Assembly (NCBI RefSeq): GCF_009914755.1
Contig: NC_060927.1
Reading direction: 5' to 3' (one strand)
DNA length: 64,000 bases
Source of the DNA: the human T2T-CHM13v2.0 reference genome, Homo sapiens
A program made the position numbers and the translations under genes. The notes under the pieces are model-generated. The model worked only from the letters and a program-made list of their open reading frames with translations, was not told the origin of the DNA and searched no databases. How positions within the stretch are numbered: the stretch's first letter is position 1; every line of letters starts with the position of its first letter. Of this stretch, positions 61,190-64,000 are shown piece after piece.

Positions 61190-62165
61190 TCACTCAGCCT
61201 TACATATTTACATAGTATTTATTGATTGACATCTCCTAAATGTGTGCCTTCTATTCTTCAGTTCTATTTTCGCAGAACTCTAGACTTACATATCCAGTCT
61301 GCCTGGGAGTGGGGTTAGGAGTCTCTAATAGACATCCTGAAATAAGCATGTACGAAAGAACTCTAGACTCACATATCCAGTCTGCCTGGGAGTAGGGTTA
61401 GGAGTCTCTAATAGACATCCTGAAATAAGCATGTACTAAAGTTAAGCCCCTCATATACTCTACCCTCAGTCCAAATTAGCTCCTCCTGAGCCAACCTCGA
61501 CTGACATCCTTTCACTCACATTCATATCCAATCCATAAGCAAAACCTATTGGCTTGACCTTTAAAGTATACTTGGAATTTGACCACTACTTACTACCTGC
61601 ATTCCTACTGCGAAAGCCATCATCACCTTGTCGTAGCTTCTTACTGGTCTCCTACTAACCCTCCCGTCTCATTCAAAGCAAAGAAAGGCTTTTCAGTACT
61701 TCATCATCATCACCTCACTAAGCCCCTCTCTTCCATCAACATGAGAATTGTCCTCACTCACTCCACCCTTCCAGTTTCTGGAACACACCAAGCATGTCCC
61801 TGGCTTTGGGAGCCTTGAATGCTCTTCCCACCAGATACACAAATGATTTGCTCCCTCCCTGTCTTCAAGTCTCTGTTTATATGTCATCTTATCAGGGAGG
61901 ACTCTGACCACCTTATATGAAATAGCTTTCACTGGACTGAGAATCCCCTCTTTCCTCTCCTACTTTATTTTCTTCCATAGTCTTTATTGCCGTCTGAGTG
62001 GCCACTATTGCTTATTCTTTTATGGCCTGTCTCCCTCTGCTAGAATGAAAGCCAGTAGAGCAGATATTCTATTTTTTTTCACTGCTATATTCCCAGCACC
62101 TTGAACAGTGTTTATCACAGAACAAATACTTAGTAGATATTGTGGAATACGTGAATGAATGGATG
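61190..62165 (-). mobile_element. L2 LINE fragment containing an 83-bp tandem duplication
   Basis: L2 motifs (atccaatccataagcaaa, tgtctccctctgctagaatg, gaatgaatg 3' end). Confidence 0.7.
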
Positions 62166-64000
62166 CAGTGTACAGTCTAGTGGTACAGGTAGCCAATTAG
62201 CCAGGACACAAACAAAGAAGTAAGAGCAACTAGAAAACAAAGAAGCTGAAGTGATAGAGGAATGGGCATTTGGGGTTTAGGGAAGACCTACTAATAAGGG
62301 AAGTCAAGGAGAATTTCTAGAGATTGACTTTTCAGCCATGACCTGGAGGATGGAAAGGAGCCAGCCCTTGATGGGACAAAAGGGAACTGGGAGAAGAGTG
62401 CTTCACAGAGAGGGAACAGAGAGTGAGGGAAAGCTCCAGGTCATGAAAACCTGGGCGCGTTCCAGAAACTGCATAGTGAGCAAAAAGATCATAGTGAGCA
62501 AAAAGATCTTGGGGATGATAGAGATATTCTTTACCTTGCTTTAGGTGGCATATACACAGGTGTATACATTTTTGAAAACTCATAGAATTGTACCCTTAAG
62601 ATCTTGCATTTCACTATGTGCAAATTTTATCTCAATAAAAATAATGCATCATTAATAATTACATCAAAAAAAGAAAAACTACAAAAAAACTACAACAGAG
62701 TTGCAATATTCATGTAGATAGATGAGCTCTATAGGTCTGCAGCCTGCATTGAGGCCACTTCCTGGCTGCTTGTGGACAGTGCCTGGCCACAGCTTCAAGA
62801 AGGTCTGGATACACTCAAATGAAGCCTCTCAGGAAAAAAAAAACATGGGTCCAGAGTGACTCTGGGTGAGGAGGGAAGAGGAAGAGGGTTTTGCATGATT
62901 TGGTGGGATTTACTTCTCTATGGGATGGCTCTGAGAGAAGAGGTGACCAAGAGGTGAAAGAAATCAGCCCGTTTATACCCTAACATCTGTTGACATAAGG
63001 TTGACTGAGGACGTGCCTGGGGTCTGAGCAAGATGAAGCTCAGCTGAGCACTTCTCCTAGCTGGGGCTGTGATAGAAGGTTATGCGTACTCTACTCTATA
63101 TATACCTTTATAGGTCTATGCCTGCTCAGGATTGTTTGGCAGATGGAGGACATGGTGTCAAGCCTGGCAGCACAGCATGAAAGCAAAGCATGCATGCATC
63201 CATTCTCACTCAGAGCAGCTTTCAGCCACTGGAAACATAAAACACTTCTGTAGCTCTGAACCCATCTATGTGTGTGTTGATATGTGCCAAGCCTTCTCTA
63301 GATATGCCTTCGGGAGTCAGTATAGCCTACCAGCCAGGAGAGTGCTGAGGGTGCTAGATGTAGACAGATGGCTGAGTTTTCACACCTTCAAGGTGAAGGA
63401 GCAGTGAGCAAAAGAATAACCTTTTGGGAGACTCTCAAGAACATCTAAAGATAGATATGCAATCTCTAAGGGACTGCTGGTGCTCAAACTGAGCTCTCAT
63501 CCCAAACTAAGTTCTTGTGGCAGCTAGGTAGCTTTCATTCATTCATTCATTCATTCATTCATTCACACAGTCACAATTCATTTGTTACCAAACAATATAC
63601 ATAATATTATATATAGTTATCATTTTACAGATATCATTCCCTTAGTTATCCATTCAGCTTCAATGAGAACTGTGTAAATGGTTTTCACTTACCTAACTTT
63701 CAAACAAAACCCTGTCATTGGTTTTCCATCTCCAACTCTTTAAGTTTCAAACTTGGTCAATATTTTTCTTAACCAAATCATTTATCTATTGTTTTTAGTC
63801 AATGTAATTTTTTTTTCCCTTTAACTCATTTAGCGAGAGCAAGTTCACTGTGGATAGTGGAGGAGGGAAGAATATGGCATCTTATGTCTTTAAGCCTTGC
63901 CTTCCTCTGGCTCCTTTCTCAGAATCTTTATCCACAGAAAGGCTAACTGTTCTTAGACTTGGGAAAAACAAACCTCTTAGAACTAGGCTTCTCCCATGAG

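Noticed and set aside
62473-62508. 18-bp tandem duplication (catagtgagcaaaaagat x2), plus similar micro-duplications at ~30474, ~33234 and ~46051
   Set aside because: Ordinary slippage events with no sign of function

Overview
Primate, almost certainly human, genomic DNA. It is AT-rich, dense in repeats, and lies inside large introns of the NIMA-related kinase gene NEK11 (+ strand; gene recognised from memory of the peptide). Only two coding pieces are supported. One is a 161-nt internal exon (52245-52405, EIPEDPLVAEEYYADAFDSYCVESDEEEEE...TNQQ). The other is an alternative phase-1 exon (8458-8507, GDCNLISLDEYWKNEK*) that the ORF track misses; it carries both a polyA signal and a perfect downstream splice donor. 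Everything else is transposon-derived or unique intronic DNA. The best observations are these. (1) A ~6-kb antisense L1PA is both a spliced integrant (SpIRE97/622-type 5'UTR junction) and carries a ~280-bp 3' transduction, bounded by a 17-bp TSD. (2) A HERV-W processed pseudogene re-used the exact target site of an older Alu. (3) A 244-bp, ~97.5%-identical inverted duplication crosses an old TE junction. (4) A 47-bp near-perfect hairpin and several other fold-back or template-switch scars are present. (5) One L1 is internally deleted and another is 5'-inverted by twin priming. I found no prokaryote-type system and no novel protein-coding gene. Repeat subfamily names are from recall of consensus sequences and their boundaries are approximate.
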